From IMG/VR virus record IMGVR_UViG_2938983465_000007: a DNA stretch of 64,000 nt, one strand, 5' to 3'. This document shows, piece by piece, positions 17,460 to 27,995 of the stretch. Position numbers and translations under genes: made by a program. The stretch comes from an uncultured virus (IMG/VR IMGVR_UViG_2938983465_000007). Lineage: Duplodnaviria > Heunggongvirae > Uroviricota > Caudoviricetes. The notes under the pieces were generated by a model. It searched no databases. It worked only from the letters and a program-made list of their open reading frames with translations, and was not told where the DNA came from. The number at the start of each line of letters is the position of its first letter. Position 1 is the first letter of the stretch.

Positions 17460-18751
17460 TAGACGGCATACCCCCGCCGCAGATACCGATCACACATCAG
17501 CTTGTGTATGTGCCTTTCCAGATCGCGACGAGTCCAACCCTTGGCGAGATAGTGGTCTTCGATAACGTGCCAGAACTCCAGTTTACGGGCGGACTCAATA
17601 GCCTTTTTTGCCGGGACACGCTCCCGCGCGATCAGGCTCACGAACTGGCCGAGAAACATCTCGCAGTTACGCCCGCTAAAGCCCTTGGCGGTCTTGTAAT
17701 AGCGCCGATACTCGGTGCGCTCGATCAGCGGATCGCACTCGACCTGGACGCGGGCGTCCTGGCTGATCAGGCTCCAGAACGGATCGTAGACCGCCGTCCG
17801 GCTCAGCAGCTTGAAGCTTTCGCAGGCGTAGTTCCACAGTCCTTGCAGGTGCGGGCAAAGCCCCTCATAGGTGCGGCAGCCGATGACCTCTCCCGAAGCC
17901 ATGCGCGAGCCTTCGGAGAACTGCTGGACGATGGAGTGGTGATAGCGAAACTCGATCCGCCACACCGTTTCCAGGGGGTTATAGGCCGGGTCGCCATCGC
18001 CGAACGGATCGCCGTTCAGGGTCGCCCACACGCTTTCCCAATAGTCGAGCTTGTCGGTGGCCCGAGCCTGGAGGGTCTTGTTATAGATCGACAGTTGCAG
18101 GCCGTTGGCCGAGCCGAACATGTACGTCTCGCCACGCCCGTAGACCGAGGCGTTGCCGTCGAATTCGATCCGCTCGATACCACTGATTTGTCGCACCCGA
18201 CGCGAGCGGCAATGCATGCGGTCCACCAGATCGCGAGGCGGTTTCCAGCCCTGCACGTCCAAGGCGATATGCACAGCGGCTTGGTTGGTTTCGCAGTGAC
18301 TCAGCACGGCAGCGGCCAAATCATCCAGCACGCCCTGGAGGATGCGCGGATCGGCGCCATCGAGGGCGTGAGGCGATACCTCGATCTTGAGGTGCGAGCC
18401 AATGGTATCGACCTTGATGTTGTGATTCTTGATCAGCAGGATCAGACCCATTTCAGCGTTCTGCAGGCGGTACTGATAGCCAGAGTCGCGACCGATACGG
18501 CCCTTGGACCATTCGTAGCCGGCGAACTCGACCACATCCACCGACAGGTCAAACAGCGCCATGACTTCCGGCCGGAGCTTGCCGTTGTACAACTGCCGCA
18601 CCGTATCCACGCCGCAACGCAGAATGCGCACGCCTGACAGATCGGTGAATTGAGCCGTGGTGTCGTCGAAGAACAACCGCCCTTTCGGGCTTTCCAAGAC
18701 CTGACCGTCCGACTCAATACTGACGCGAATTTGATGGCTGATTTTCTTCAT
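17459..18751 (-). CDS. Pf replication initiation protein (PA0727-like)
   Basis: 430 aa; HIALDVQG, IYNKT, WRIEFR Rep_trans-like motifs; position in Pf. Confidence 0.88.
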   Translation of the reverse strand: MKKISHQIRVSIESDGQVLESPKGRLFFDDTTAQFTDLSGVRILRCGVDTVRQLYNGKLRPEVMALFDLSVDVVEFAGYEWSKGRIGRDSGYQYRLQNAEMGLILLIKNHNIKVDTIGSHLKIEVSPHALDGADPRILQGVLDDLAAAVLSHCETNQAAVHIALDVQGWKPPRDLVDRMHCRSRRVRQISGIERIEFDGNASVYGRGETYMFGSANGLQLSIYNKTLQARATDKLDYWESVWATLNGDPFGDGDPAYNPLETVWRIEFRYHHSIVQQFSEGSRMASGEVIGCRTYEGLCPHLQGLWNYACESFKLLSRTAVYDPFWSLISQDARVQVECDPLIERTEYRRYYKTAKGFSGRNCEMFLGQFVSLIARERVPAKKAIESARKLEFWHVIEDHYLAKGWTRRDLERHIHKLMCDRYLRRGYAV

Positions 18752-18789
18752 CTTTAACGATCCAAATTGGTACGAATTGAAACCGCAAT

Positions 18790-18960
18790 AGGTGGCTTAT
18801 CTGACGTGTTACAGGGGCGTCGGCCGCGCCTTCGGCCTATCGCTCATGCCTTGCGCTCCCGGCCGGCGGCGCGGCCCGCCCCTCATGGCGGCACCCCTAC
18901 CGCCGCTAGCGCCGTCATCACCGTCCACCAGTGATGCAGCGCCCAGCCCATCGCCACCGG
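18790..18960. promoter_or_regulatory. Structured intergenic region, candidate Pf replication origin
   Basis: Imperfect GC-rich inverted repeat AGGGGCGTCGGCCGCGCC...GGCGCGGCCCGCCCCT between zot and rep. Confidence 0.4.
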
Positions 18961-18980
18961 AACGAGGAATTCCCAATCGA

Positions 18981-20255
18981 TCATTTCTGCCTCCAGGGCC
19001 GCGAGGCGTATTCGGAATCGGGGACGATGGTCAGCGGCGACTGGCCCCTGGCCGGTGCGTCTGCGGACGCGGCGACAGGCGCTGCCGGAGCGATGCTGGC
19101 CACCGCGCCGGCCTGCCTCCCGGCACAGGTGACGGTCTGTTTCCAGTCCTCATAGCGAAGCTCTACGACGCACTCGCCCTTGGGCGTCACCCGGTAGCCG
19201 GAGCCGATCAGTTGCCAACTGGTGAGTTCCAGGCGCCGGCCCGTGGGATCCTCCAGGGCGAACAGGTAGATATCGCCCCGCGACTTGCGGTAGGCGTGGG
19301 CAAGGATGGAGATCCGCCGATCGGCGAAGGGATGGGCGTTCAGATCAACAGGCGCAGCAGCAGGCCCATCAGGTACAAGCCCAGGAGGAAGAAAGCTATT
19401 CGCAGCAGGACGCGCTGGAGCAGCCACAGCAGCGGGCGCAGCAGGGGCTTGAGCAGGGTCGCCAGGAGCGTCGGCAGGTGTCGCAGCAGCCGGAGCGCCA
19501 ATCGTGCGCAGAGGCCCCATATACCAGACAAAGCCAATAGTGCCGGCCAGCAATGCCAGTAGAAGAACCAGCTTAGGCGACCGGAAGAGGCTCTTGCCCG
19601 CCTTGGTGTCTTGGGTCTTGCCGGTGGCCGTGGACTGGTAGAGGGCGAAGGTCTGCTTTCGGATTCGCTTGTATTCGATGATGGTGCCATCGGCGGGCGG
19701 ACGGTTGAGTTGGGCGTCATGCTGGGCCTCCTTGTAGCGGCCAGGGATGCCGATCACCGCGAGGTTGGAATGCTTGTAGGCCATCTCGCAGGTCATGCGG
19801 ATGTCGTCGCGGATGTAGGAGATGTTCGGCGTGGTGAGGACAATGTCCCAGTTGAAATGCCGGTGCCGGGTCCAGGCGTCGAGCCAGCCCATGGGGCGGT
19901 CGGCCGCGTGGGCCGCTTCCGGTCCACCGGGGTAGTCGAAGCGTTCGAGGTCTTTTTCCCGCCAGGACTTGGGAAACAGCAGTTGGGTTTCGTCGAAGAT
20001 CAGGAAGGCCCCGCGGGGCGCCCACTGGAACCACGTGCGCATCTTTTCGAGGTCTTCCAGCGACTCCAGATCGAGGTTGATGATTTCCGCCGTGTTGGGC
20101 AGGTCCGGGAAGACCTGATAGGCCCGCTCCAGGGTGAAGCCGCGCACGTTGGTGATGATCACCCGCCCGTCTTTCAGCGCGGGCACGGCGTCATCCTGGA
20201 TCGCGCCGGAGGTCTTGTAGGAGCCATTGGGGCCGTGGTGGATCTTGATCGACAC
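18981..20255 (-). CDS. zot: Zot-like assembly ATPase (pI; PA0726-like)
   Basis: HGPNGSYKT Walker A, LIFDETQ Walker B, RHRHFNWD, single TM segment. Confidence 0.93.
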   Translation of the reverse strand: MSIKIHHGPNGSYKTSGAIQDDAVPALKDGRVIITNVRGFTLERAYQVFPDLPNTAEIINLDLESLEDLEKMRTWFQWAPRGAFLIFDETQLLFPKSWREKDLERFDYPGGPEAAHAADRPMGWLDAWTRHRHFNWDIVLTTPNISYIRDDIRMTCEMAYKHSNLAVIGIPGRYKEAQHDAQLNRPPADGTIIEYKRIRKQTFALYQSTATGKTQDTKAGKSLFRSPKLVLLLALLAGTIGFVWYMGPLRTIGAPAAATPADAPGDPAQAPAAPAAVAAPARPAANSFLPPGLVPDGPAAAPVDLNAHPFADRRISILAHAYRKSRGDIYLFALEDPTGRRLELTSWQLIGSGYRVTPKGECVVELRYEDWKQTVTCAGRQAGAVASIAPAAPVAASADAPARGQSPLTIVPDSEYASRPWRQK

Positions 20256-20258
20256 GGA

Positions 20259-20615
20259 TCACCTCCCAATGAACGGCACGAAGCGCATGCAGAAGCGCGT
20301 CGCCGCCGCGACCATGATGATGTTCAGCGCCTGCGGCACGCCGAAGAAGGCCAGACCCGCCGCAATCGGACCCGGTAGCGCGGCGTACATGCTGCGGATC
20401 ATCTGCGGCACGCCGAGGCTGTCGATCAGTTCGCGGGCGGCGGTGTAGCTGACATCGATCAGCAGGATCAGGGTCTGGAGCGCGGCGTACATCGACGCCT
20501 TGGTGGCGACCACCAGGCCGTCGCGCACGAAGTCATAGATGCCTTGGGCGAAGAAATCCCAGATCCACTGGAAGAAGGCGATGATCTGATCGAGAAAACC
20601 GGAGAGCCATTCCAT
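20259..20615 (-). CDS. Pf minor coat protein (pVI-like; PA0725-like)
   Basis: 118-aa hydrophobic protein between coaA and zot. Confidence 0.85.
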   Translation of the reverse strand: MEWLSGFLDQIIAFFQWIWDFFAQGIYDFVRDGLVVATKASMYAALQTLILLIDVSYTAARELIDSLGVPQMIRSMYAALPGPIAAGLAFFGVPQALNIIMVAAATRFCMRFVPFIGR

Positions 20616-20619
20616 AGGG

Positions 20620-21003
20620 TCAGTCCTTCAGCAGAATGAGGGCGGCGATCAGCGCGGCCATTAGCAGCAGCGCCACGCGCAGGCTGGAGAGTTGGCCGGC
20701 GTAGTCGGAGATACAGAGGGAGTAGGACTTGCCCCAAATGGTCATGGACTCGCAGGGCAGTTGCCCGCCGCCTTCCGCCAGGTTGAGGTCGAAGGCCCCC
20801 TTCATCTGGTCGACGTTGGCCTTCACCTTGGTCTTGAGTTCTTTCTTGGCTTCCTCGACCTTCTTTTCCCAGGTGGCGATGGCGTCATCCCAGGTGCCGG
20901 GCGTGGGTTCCTTGAGTTCGCCGCCGGGGCCTTCGGGGCCGGTGGAGCAGTTCTCTTTCGCCGGGTCGCAGGTGCCGTTGCCATCGCCGCCCGTGCCGCT
21001 GCC
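20620..21003 (-). pseudogene. coaA: 3' part of coaA (C-terminal domain and membrane anchor), cut off by phage insertion
   Basis: GSGTGGDGNGTCDPAKENC...VALLLMAALIAALILLKD; joins in frame to the 5' part at 60914. Confidence 0.92.
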
Positions 21004-21090
21004 TGTAGCGCGGCGCGAAATTTGGCGCGGATTTGCGCAATAAATGACGCGCCCTAACCGTTTCGCCAGCGGCAAAAGAATTTCAAAAGG

Positions 21091-21315
21091 TCAGCACAGG
21101 ACGACGATATCGCCATCGGCTACCCGTTCAGACAGAGCGGTCAGCTTGCCGATGCCCTCCCGTAGAAATCGGCTGAGCTGCTCGATGCACTCGCGCTGGT
21201 CCTTAGTGAGACTGAACTCAGCCTCCATGCTTTCCATGAGATCAAGGCAGCACTGGTTGAGAAACCCCACTTCCAGTAGTTCAGCCCGCAACCTTTGCCT
21301 CAGTACCTCGTCCAT
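21091..21315 (-). CDS. Hypothetical 74-aa protein at phage end
   Basis: Helical-looking ORF, lower GC than tail genes, last gene before terminus. Confidence 0.65.
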   Translation of the reverse strand: MDEVLRQRLRAELLEVGFLNQCCLDLMESMEAEFSLTKDQRECIEQLSRFLREGIGKLTALSERVADGDIVVLC

Positions 21316-21388
21316 CCCAAGGTTCCTATCTACTACTCGACATCAGACTTTCGGAACGTGGCAAAAACGAGAACGCCATCACAACTAC

Positions 21389-21676
21389 CTATTCAGGTAG
21401 TGGATACCGCGCTTTGATCGCCTGGACAGCTGCGACCCATGCCGCCAGGTCCGGCTCGGCGCCAGCGGCTATGGCGTCAAACTCGGCCTCCAGGCGCAGC
21501 GGGTCGGACTCGGTGCGATAGGCCTGGCGCCGCAGCTCCTGGACCTCGGCGAGGAGGTCGTCGGGATGGAACGCCAGGTCGCTGACCGGGACGCCAGCGA
21601 GTGCTGCGGCCTCGTCCAGCGTGCCATCCCATTCCGCGAAGAACTCGCCTTTCAGTAGAACTCGTTTCATGGTCAT
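21389..21676 (-). CDS. Putative tail fibre assembly protein
   Basis: RRQAYRTESDPL...WVAAVQAIKARYP pattern; ATGA overlap with tail fibre gene. Confidence 0.7.
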   Translation of the reverse strand: MTMKRVLLKGEFFAEWDGTLDEAAALAGVPVSDLAFHPDDLLAEVQELRRQAYRTESDPLRLEAEFDAIAAGAEPDLAAWVAAVQAIKARYPLPE

Positions 21677-22821
21677 GCGCTTGCTCCGTTGATTGTCAGG
21701 ATGGGTGCAACATGGATACCCGGATCGACGAGGCCACCGAACCACGCCGGACAGGCGAGCGCGATCTGAGCCCCTGCGGCCGCGTAGATATACGGGCACG
21801 CGTTGTCATAGCCGTTATACGACTGCATCGAAAACCTGAGATGCACCCACTGGCCCGCCGGCAACACAACTCCCGGAGCGGCCACAGCCCCATTGATCCA
21901 AAGGCGATGGGTCGTATAGGGCGCAGAGGAGATATGAGCCGAGCCGCTTTCGACACGCAGCCACATGACGACAGTCGCCCATGCGCCCGCGTTGAAAACT
22001 GTTTTGCTGCCGTTTGAGCAGCATAGATACCGCGTAACCCCATCCGCGCCGGCCGAGCCGGTAGTTGTCTGTGTCCCCGCTGTCAGCACTGTCGTGAAGA
22101 ACTCGACCCCGTACCTTGAAACGGATGTCCAGGTGCGGCCCATCGCAGCCAGCAGTGCTTGCACCCGCGCATTGAGCGCCGGCCCTGCCCCACCATTTGT
22201 GCTGTTGTCGAATGCGAACTTTCCCCCATCTGCGAGGCTGGCGCCGTTCCAGCCATTGATGAAGGTGCTTGGAGTCCATGACGTTGTGAACATCGTACTC
22301 AGCGGATTGGCTGCGGTTCCCGCGAAGCGACCCATGTCGGGCATCAGGTTCATGAACGGCAGAACGTTGAGCGCCGATTTCGCCGCCGATCCCAGCTCCG
22401 CCCAAACACCGTTTTCGCGGGCATATGGCTTTCCATCGCTCGGCGCGTCGGCCATTCCGCCCACCAGCTCAGTCCAGGCGCTGCCGGAATACTCATACGT
22501 CTTGACCTGGCCGCTCGGCGTCGTCTCGTTCGCCACCTGCACCCGCCAGCCCAACCTGGGCGGCATGTACTCCCAAATGGGCGTGGTCGCACCCGTTGCC
22601 CACCAGCGCGCTAGGCGGTTCTGATTGGAGCCGGCGCCAGTGAAAATGTACGTGTCCCCCTCGGCCTGGCCGGTTGTGGGCAGTGTGGCGACGCGCCCCT
22701 TGACGACCGGTTGGCGCAGGAAGTCATCCCAGCGCAACATGCGGATCAGTTCGTTGTAATGCCCCTCACCGGGGGCGCCACTGATCAGCAGGCCGGTATT
22801 CGGTCCCATATAAAGAGTCAT
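21673..22821 (-). CDS. Tail fibre / receptor-binding protein (DUF2793-like N-terminus)
   Basis: PTTGQAEGDTYI...WEYMPPRLGW and DAPSDGKPYAR motifs; end of tail operon. Confidence 0.75.
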   Translation of the reverse strand: MTLYMGPNTGLLISGAPGEGHYNELIRMLRWDDFLRQPVVKGRVATLPTTGQAEGDTYIFTGAGSNQNRLARWWATGATTPIWEYMPPRLGWRVQVANETTPSGQVKTYEYSGSAWTELVGGMADAPSDGKPYARENGVWAELGSAAKSALNVLPFMNLMPDMGRFAGTAANPLSTMFTTSWTPSTFINGWNGASLADGGKFAFDNSTNGGAGPALNARVQALLAAMGRTWTSVSRYGVEFFTTVLTAGTQTTTGSAGADGVTRYLCCSNGSKTVFNAGAWATVVMWLRVESGSAHISSAPYTTHRLWINGAVAAPGVVLPAGQWVHLRFSMQSYNGYDNACPYIYAAAGAQIALACPAWFGGLVDPGIHVAPILTINGASA

Positions 22822-25028
22822 TGTGCTAAGCCTCCAAGTTCCTCGCCGAGGCGGAAGCCAAGGCCGTGTCGTTCGATTGTGATATCGTGTTGCTGCCAGC
22901 TCTGCAGACCGTCGCGAACGCTGAACAGCACGATGCGCAGCACCGGCAGCAGCCCATGCGCTATGTCGTCCTCCAGCGGGTAGGTCCAGGTCGTGCCGGT
23001 CAAGCCGGTGTACGACTTCTTCAGGCTGGAACCGCTGTAGATGCTCAGCGTGTATGTCGTGCCAGCTTCCAGCGATATGCTGCTCGCAGACGAGTCAACC
23101 AGTTGATCGGCCTGCAGCAGCCGGTTGCGGTGCGCCCACGACACGGTCAGCACACCGTAGGTCTTCGTCGGATACGCCACACCACACACCAGCACCCGGC
23201 CAGGCGCATAAGGCCGCGCCTGGCGCTGGTTCATTCGCAGCGAGTCGACCGGCGCGAGGCTCTCTGCGAGCGTCGCCGAGCTGGTGCGGCTCAGCAGCTT
23301 CACGTTCACTGTCTCGCCGGTCACGTACTCACGCGTGTCCTCTGTTGCCCAATCCTCGTAGAACCAGATCAGCGCGCCGGCCTCATGCGGCGCTGGCACC
23401 GTATCGACGCATCCCCGCGCGAGCACCGCGGTGCCGGCCGCGGCGTTGATCGCGTCGACGCGGAAGATCTCGTCATCGATCATCGCGGCCGAGCCCACCT
23501 CGACGAGGTCAAGGTCAACCCCTTGGACAAGCGTGACGCTGACGCTGGTCAGGCCCCGGCCGATATCTGCTGAGATCGTCGCGACCGGGCAGAAGTCGCC
23601 GGACGTCCGCTCTTCGAACGATGCAGATCCCACGCGGCTGAGCAGCGCGTAGTTCATCTGCAGGCCGGACGGCCGCATGCCCAGCGCCGCGAGGATGCCT
23701 GTCTCTGGCTGCAGTTGCGCCAGATCTGCATCGCTCAGTGCCGCCGCGAGATCACGGTACGGCGCCTCGATGAGCCTGCGGGTCGCAATGACCCGCGGGG
23801 TGCGGTCGGGCGGGGTCCAGTTCGGCGGCTGGACTGCGGACGTCCCGGCTGCCGGCAGTCCGAACACGTCTTCCAGCGCGGTGATGGCGATGGTGCCCCT
23901 CGTGAGGGTGCCATAGTCGATCTTTCCGGCGCGTAGGACGATCAGTTCGATCCCGCGCTTCCGGCTGCGAACGCAGAACACGTCGCCGGGGTTCAGCGCA
24001 TAGGCGCGCCGATCGAGCCGCAACTGGAGCTTGCGGATAGCCGACGTCGACACGTTGCAGTCGCGCGCCGCCACCCTGCCGGCCAACTCGCCGGTCGGTA
24101 GGCCCGGATACTCCTTCGTCGTAGTGATCACGCCGCCGGCCGCGCGGATCGCGCCGGCATTCTTCGCACGGGCACGCCGGTCGGTGTTGGTGATCGGGTC
24201 GTGCCACACGACGACGAACTGGTTCGCCGTGCCGTCGAGCGATGTGATGCTGTCTTCGTCGATCCCGAGCAGCCCGCTGTCCTCATCGAATACGGGCAGC
24301 GTCGCGACGTCGTAGTCGTCACGGATCAGCCGCAGCGTCCAGAGTCCGGTCGAGCGGGAAAGGAACTGAGTGGCGCCAATGTGATCGAGGACGGTCTGCT
24401 CGAAGTTGTCCAACTCGTCTGCCACGCGAAACTTGAGGCACAGACCAAAGCCCTCGGCGAACAACGTATCTGCGGCCGTGCGATACGAGGCCTGGTCCAG
24501 CAGGCCGCGATCTTTGCCGCGGCCCCAGTCGCGGTTGGTCTGGCATTCGAACAAGATGTGGGCGGGGTTCATCGCCTTGACCTCGCCGCCGGCAAGGCTG
24601 ATCACGGCCTTCTCGGGATACCAAACTCCACCGTCCCATCCGTTCAGCGCGCGCCGCCACCGGCTCATCCAGGCTTTCGGGTACTTGTTCATCGCGCAGA
24701 GTTGCCCGTCGAAGAAAGCAGTGGTGACGCCACGGAACGCGGGCACCAGGCCACCTACCATCGCCGCCAAGCGAGGATTCACGGATTGGTCCGGGGCGCC
24801 GAACATGACGTCTAGCGGCCCGGCGATGCCACCCTCCGCCTTGTCCCCACCGAACAACTCACCGGCCTGGATCTGGATGGTCTGGTTGCTCTTGACCGAC
24901 CCCTTCCAAGCGGTACGGTCGCCGGCCTTGATCTCGACCATCTCGTCAAGCGGGCCTCTCGCAAACCCCATGAGAATACCCATGTAGTAACGCCAGCCCA
25001 TCGTTTGCGCTTTGCTACGGCCGCCCAT
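22818..25028 (-). CDS. Tail tip / host-specificity protein
   Basis: 736 aa from MGGRSK; ELFGG..EGG and MNPAHI motifs. Confidence 0.8.
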   Translation of the reverse strand: MGGRSKAQTMGWRYYMGILMGFARGPLDEMVEIKAGDRTAWKGSVKSNQTIQIQAGELFGGDKAEGGIAGPLDVMFGAPDQSVNPRLAAMVGGLVPAFRGVTTAFFDGQLCAMNKYPKAWMSRWRRALNGWDGGVWYPEKAVISLAGGEVKAMNPAHILFECQTNRDWGRGKDRGLLDQASYRTAADTLFAEGFGLCLKFRVADELDNFEQTVLDHIGATQFLSRSTGLWTLRLIRDDYDVATLPVFDEDSGLLGIDEDSITSLDGTANQFVVVWHDPITNTDRRARAKNAGAIRAAGGVITTTKEYPGLPTGELAGRVAARDCNVSTSAIRKLQLRLDRRAYALNPGDVFCVRSRKRGIELIVLRAGKIDYGTLTRGTIAITALEDVFGLPAAGTSAVQPPNWTPPDRTPRVIATRRLIEAPYRDLAAALSDADLAQLQPETGILAALGMRPSGLQMNYALLSRVGSASFEERTSGDFCPVATISADIGRGLTSVSVTLVQGVDLDLVEVGSAAMIDDEIFRVDAINAAAGTAVLARGCVDTVPAPHEAGALIWFYEDWATEDTREYVTGETVNVKLLSRTSSATLAESLAPVDSLRMNQRQARPYAPGRVLVCGVAYPTKTYGVLTVSWAHRNRLLQADQLVDSSASSISLEAGTTYTLSIYSGSSLKKSYTGLTGTTWTYPLEDDIAHGLLPVLRIVLFSVRDGLQSWQQHDITIERHGLGFRLGEELGGLAQ

Positions 25029-25245
25029 TTCCCGCCTCCGCACGAGCGTGGTTGACAAGGCGTAGGGCCAGCTCGTCGCCGGTAGCTTCCAGCACCGATG
25101 CTGGCACTCCCTCGGCAACGAACCGGTGCCAGTCCAGGCCGTGGGCGTTGAACCAGGCCCTCGCACCGGATACGCAGTAGCCCGGTCGGCTGGTCAGCCC
25201 TGGCACACTGCGCAGATGCGCTGTTGTGATGATCAGATCCGTCAC
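25015..25245 (-). CDS. Small tail-region protein
   Basis: YCVSGARAWF..HGLDW pattern; coupled in operon. Confidence 0.75.
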   Translation of the reverse strand: MTDLIITTAHLRSVPGLTSRPGYCVSGARAWFNAHGLDWHRFVAEGVPASVLEATGDELALRLVNHARAEAGNGRP

Positions 25246-25472
25246 TTCTTCGACCCTTTCGATTTGACTGCCTTCATCCGCTCGTTACCGGTACCGAGGA
25301 CGATCCAGTCCTCGATCCACACATCGCCGAAGATCACGTAGTGGCCAGTGCCGTCTTCGGTCTGAGGCAGATCTTCGGAAGTCAGCGCCTCCGGTTTCGG
25401 CTTCGGCGCTTTCGCAGAAGTAGCGCTGCTGATCAAATACGACGCGACCAGAATCGCGATTTGCACCCACAT
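25242..25472 (-). CDS. Small tail-region protein
   Basis: PQTEDG...VIFGDVW pattern; GGAG RBS. Confidence 0.75.
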   Translation of the reverse strand: MWVQIAILVASYLISSATSAKAPKPKPEALTSEDLPQTEDGTGHYVIFGDVWIEDWIVLGTGNERMKAVKSKGSKK

Positions 25473-25481
25473 GGATGACTC

Positions 25482-26300
25482 CTACCACCAGGGATCGCCG
25501 TCGAACGGCGACTTGCCCGGAAGGAATGGCACTGCACCGCAGTTCGCTGTGTTGTTGAACTTGTCGTTGCAGGTTTGGATGAGCTGATCACATCCGGGGA
25601 ACGCGACAGCCCGAGTACCAGGAGCCAACAGCGAGGTGCCACCCACCAGGACCAGGCGGTTGCCGGTGTGCTGCTGGATACCACGCTGCTCGATCACTCC
25701 CTGGCCGCTGTCCCACTCGACGTAGCCTCCGCGGAACCAAGCATCGGGGTAGCCGCCGATCGCGTTGCCGGCCCCCGTCACGCTGTTGCCATCACGCAAC
25801 TCGACGGTGAACGGTACGCCGTACGGTTCTCGGTCTACCCGGCAGTTGTTATCGAACACCGTGTAAGGGCACTCACGTCCCCATGCGAGGCTGATCGATG
25901 TGCGTGGTTCGGTGCCGAGCAGCCGGCATTTGATCTGCACCCGGCTGTCGGCCGGCCAGTTCACCTCGTCGATCCTGCCCATCCACACCACAAGCCCCTG
26001 GGGCTCGTTCCAGTGGATGTCCCAGACGGTCAGTGTTGGAGCCTTCGACGGCCGAGCGCCCCGGTATAGCTGCGCGACTTCCAAGTCGCTCGGGCCAGTA
26101 ACCGTCATGATGTCGGCGCTGACTTGGCCGGTCATGCGCCGTCCATCGTCGCTCACCGGCCGCGCCCGGAACGTCATGTTGTTGAACTCGATGTCTCGAT
26201 TCGCTGTTGTGTAGGTCCAACGGATCGGGCCGAGGCGGAAGTCGTATAAGCTGATCGCCTGGCCATCGGCGAGGGACCGCTCGCGATCACTGAAGCTCAT
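25482..26300 (-). CDS. Tail tip protein (BR0599-like, conserved Cys)
   Basis: CPYTVFDNNC...PGCD...TCNDKFNN. Confidence 0.8.
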   Translation of the reverse strand: MSFSDRERSLADGQAISLYDFRLGPIRWTYTTANRDIEFNNMTFRARPVSDDGRRMTGQVSADIMTVTGPSDLEVAQLYRGARPSKAPTLTVWDIHWNEPQGLVVWMGRIDEVNWPADSRVQIKCRLLGTEPRTSISLAWGRECPYTVFDNNCRVDREPYGVPFTVELRDGNSVTGAGNAIGGYPDAWFRGGYVEWDSGQGVIEQRGIQQHTGNRLVLVGGTSLLAPGTRAVAFPGCDQLIQTCNDKFNNTANCGAVPFLPGKSPFDGDPWW

Positions 26301-27993
26301 CGCGTACTCCTCGGAACACCGTGCTGGCCGTGCTGATGCCGTCGGTGTCGGTTTCGTGGGTGATCTGCACGCTGTCGCTGTCCTGCCGGCAAAGTGTCAT
26401 GAACGAGATGCGTGCGACGTCGCTCGGCCGGACAACGGTGCCCAGCGCGCTGTCGATCGCCAAGCGCTCGACGTCGACGCTCAGCTCGCTGACGTCGAGG
26501 ATGCGCCGGTAGAAGACCTGCCCGCCGAACAGCTCAATGCGGATATCGCGCCGGCCGGGAGCATCAGCCCTGAAGAACCGCGCCAAGCCGCACAGCTCGA
26601 CATCGAGGACGGAGCTGGTCGCAGCCACTGTGTCGGCCAAAACCAGGTCGGCGGCATGGGTCGGAATCCAGATCGCTTTCTGTCGGCCGCGCAGGGCGTA
26701 CAGCAGGCTGCGCAGCGCCGCGTGCTCCTCTCGGCCCTCGGTCTGCCAGCGGAAGCCATGCACCGGGAAACCGACCCCAGCTTGGTCGGCGAATTGCGGC
26801 AGGCCGGTTTCGTTGTCCAGGACATCGAGCAGGCGCTGATACGACAGGGACAAGTCTTCGGACTCTTCGGGCCGGTGATCGAGGACAGGCCAGCCCCGGT
26901 ACGTTGCCGTCGGCATGACCTCCAGCCAGTCGCTGCTGTCCATCACCAGGAACCGCGCTTGTGCGCTGTAGAGGGTGTCGGTCAGCCGGGTCAGCGCCGG
27001 TTGCTCCGTCAGCTGTGCGGTGCGAATGGGGTACAAGCGGGAGCCGGCCGGCCAGCGCCGCTGAACCGGCCGCGCAAGCTGAATGGCCGACGCCGCCAGG
27101 TCCTGGATCTCCACGACCTCGTACTCGAATGCTGACTCACCGCGCAGCAGCGCAAGGCCCCCGGCCCGGAAGTCCCGCCAGCGCGTATCGCACTCGATCG
27201 TCAGCGCGCCGGCCGCGGTGACGCTTGCCAGCAACTGGATGTCCGGCCACACCGGCAGCGCCCAGATTCGCCCACCCCAGCCTGCAAGGCTGAGGTCGAG
27301 GAGCACGCGCTCGCGCCCCTCCGCGTAGAACTCGGCTTCGAATGAACGCCGGGGTGACAGGCGCAGCGATCGCCGTTGCTCGACTCCCGACGTGCTGGTC
27401 AGCAGCTCGGTCAACCACTCCAGTGACTCCTGCACGCCATCAGCCCAGTCCGGCGCAAACGGCCACGCGGTGATCCGGTTTCCGGTAATGACCAGGATCA
27501 ACGGCTGTTCGTCCTGCAGTTGCCAGACGATGCGCGCGTCCACTACCGGCGGTCCATCCGTCGACACGGCCACAGTCCAGATGCGCTCCTGCAGCGCCGC
27601 GAACGGCAACGGCGGCGACGGCTGGCCGGCCAGGCTGATGCCATCGGCGTCCTCGCGATCGATCTGCGACAGGGTGCGGGGCGTGAAGTGGGCGTTCCAA
27701 ACTGAGACGGGACGTTCCTGCACGCTCACGACGTTCCCCAGATCCAATCGGCCAGGGATCAGCCAGATGCGGTTGTAGAAGTTCTCGACCAGGTCGGACT
27801 GGTGAACTGCCGAGTACGCCGAGTGAATGACGTCAACCGGCTGGTGTGCCCCATAGCTGCCAGCCAAGGTCGAGGCGCTGGCCGAGCCCAGGGTGATGTC
27901 CTGGTTCAAGCCCAGAGCGGAGATGTTCGGGGTGATGCCGGCAACGACCGCTTCGACCGGCCGAGGTACCTGAAATCCGGGGAAGGTCGCCAT
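26287..27993 (-). CDS. Virion structural (distal tail) protein
   Basis: From MATFPG; PDWADGVQESLEWLT..GVEQRRSLR..PRR motif. Confidence 0.78.
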   Translation of the reverse strand: MATFPGFQVPRPVEAVVAGITPNISALGLNQDITLGSASASTLAGSYGAHQPVDVIHSAYSAVHQSDLVENFYNRIWLIPGRLDLGNVVSVQERPVSVWNAHFTPRTLSQIDREDADGISLAGQPSPPLPFAALQERIWTVAVSTDGPPVVDARIVWQLQDEQPLILVITGNRITAWPFAPDWADGVQESLEWLTELLTSTSGVEQRRSLRLSPRRSFEAEFYAEGRERVLLDLSLAGWGGRIWALPVWPDIQLLASVTAAGALTIECDTRWRDFRAGGLALLRGESAFEYEVVEIQDLAASAIQLARPVQRRWPAGSRLYPIRTAQLTEQPALTRLTDTLYSAQARFLVMDSSDWLEVMPTATYRGWPVLDHRPEESEDLSLSYQRLLDVLDNETGLPQFADQAGVGFPVHGFRWQTEGREEHAALRSLLYALRGRQKAIWIPTHAADLVLADTVAATSSVLDVELCGLARFFRADAPGRRDIRIELFGGQVFYRRILDVSELSVDVERLAIDSALGTVVRPSDVARISFMTLCRQDSDSVQITHETDTDGISTASTVFRGVRDELQ

Positions 27994-27995
27994 TT

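Noticed and set aside
20620..21075. 151-aa ORF as an independent gene
   Set aside because: Chimera of phage-end DNA (TTG start, no RBS) and the coaA 3' part
21389..22821. Invertible tail-fibre segment or diversity-generating retroelement
   Set aside because: No invertase, reverse transcriptase, second fibre copy or flanking inverted repeats seen
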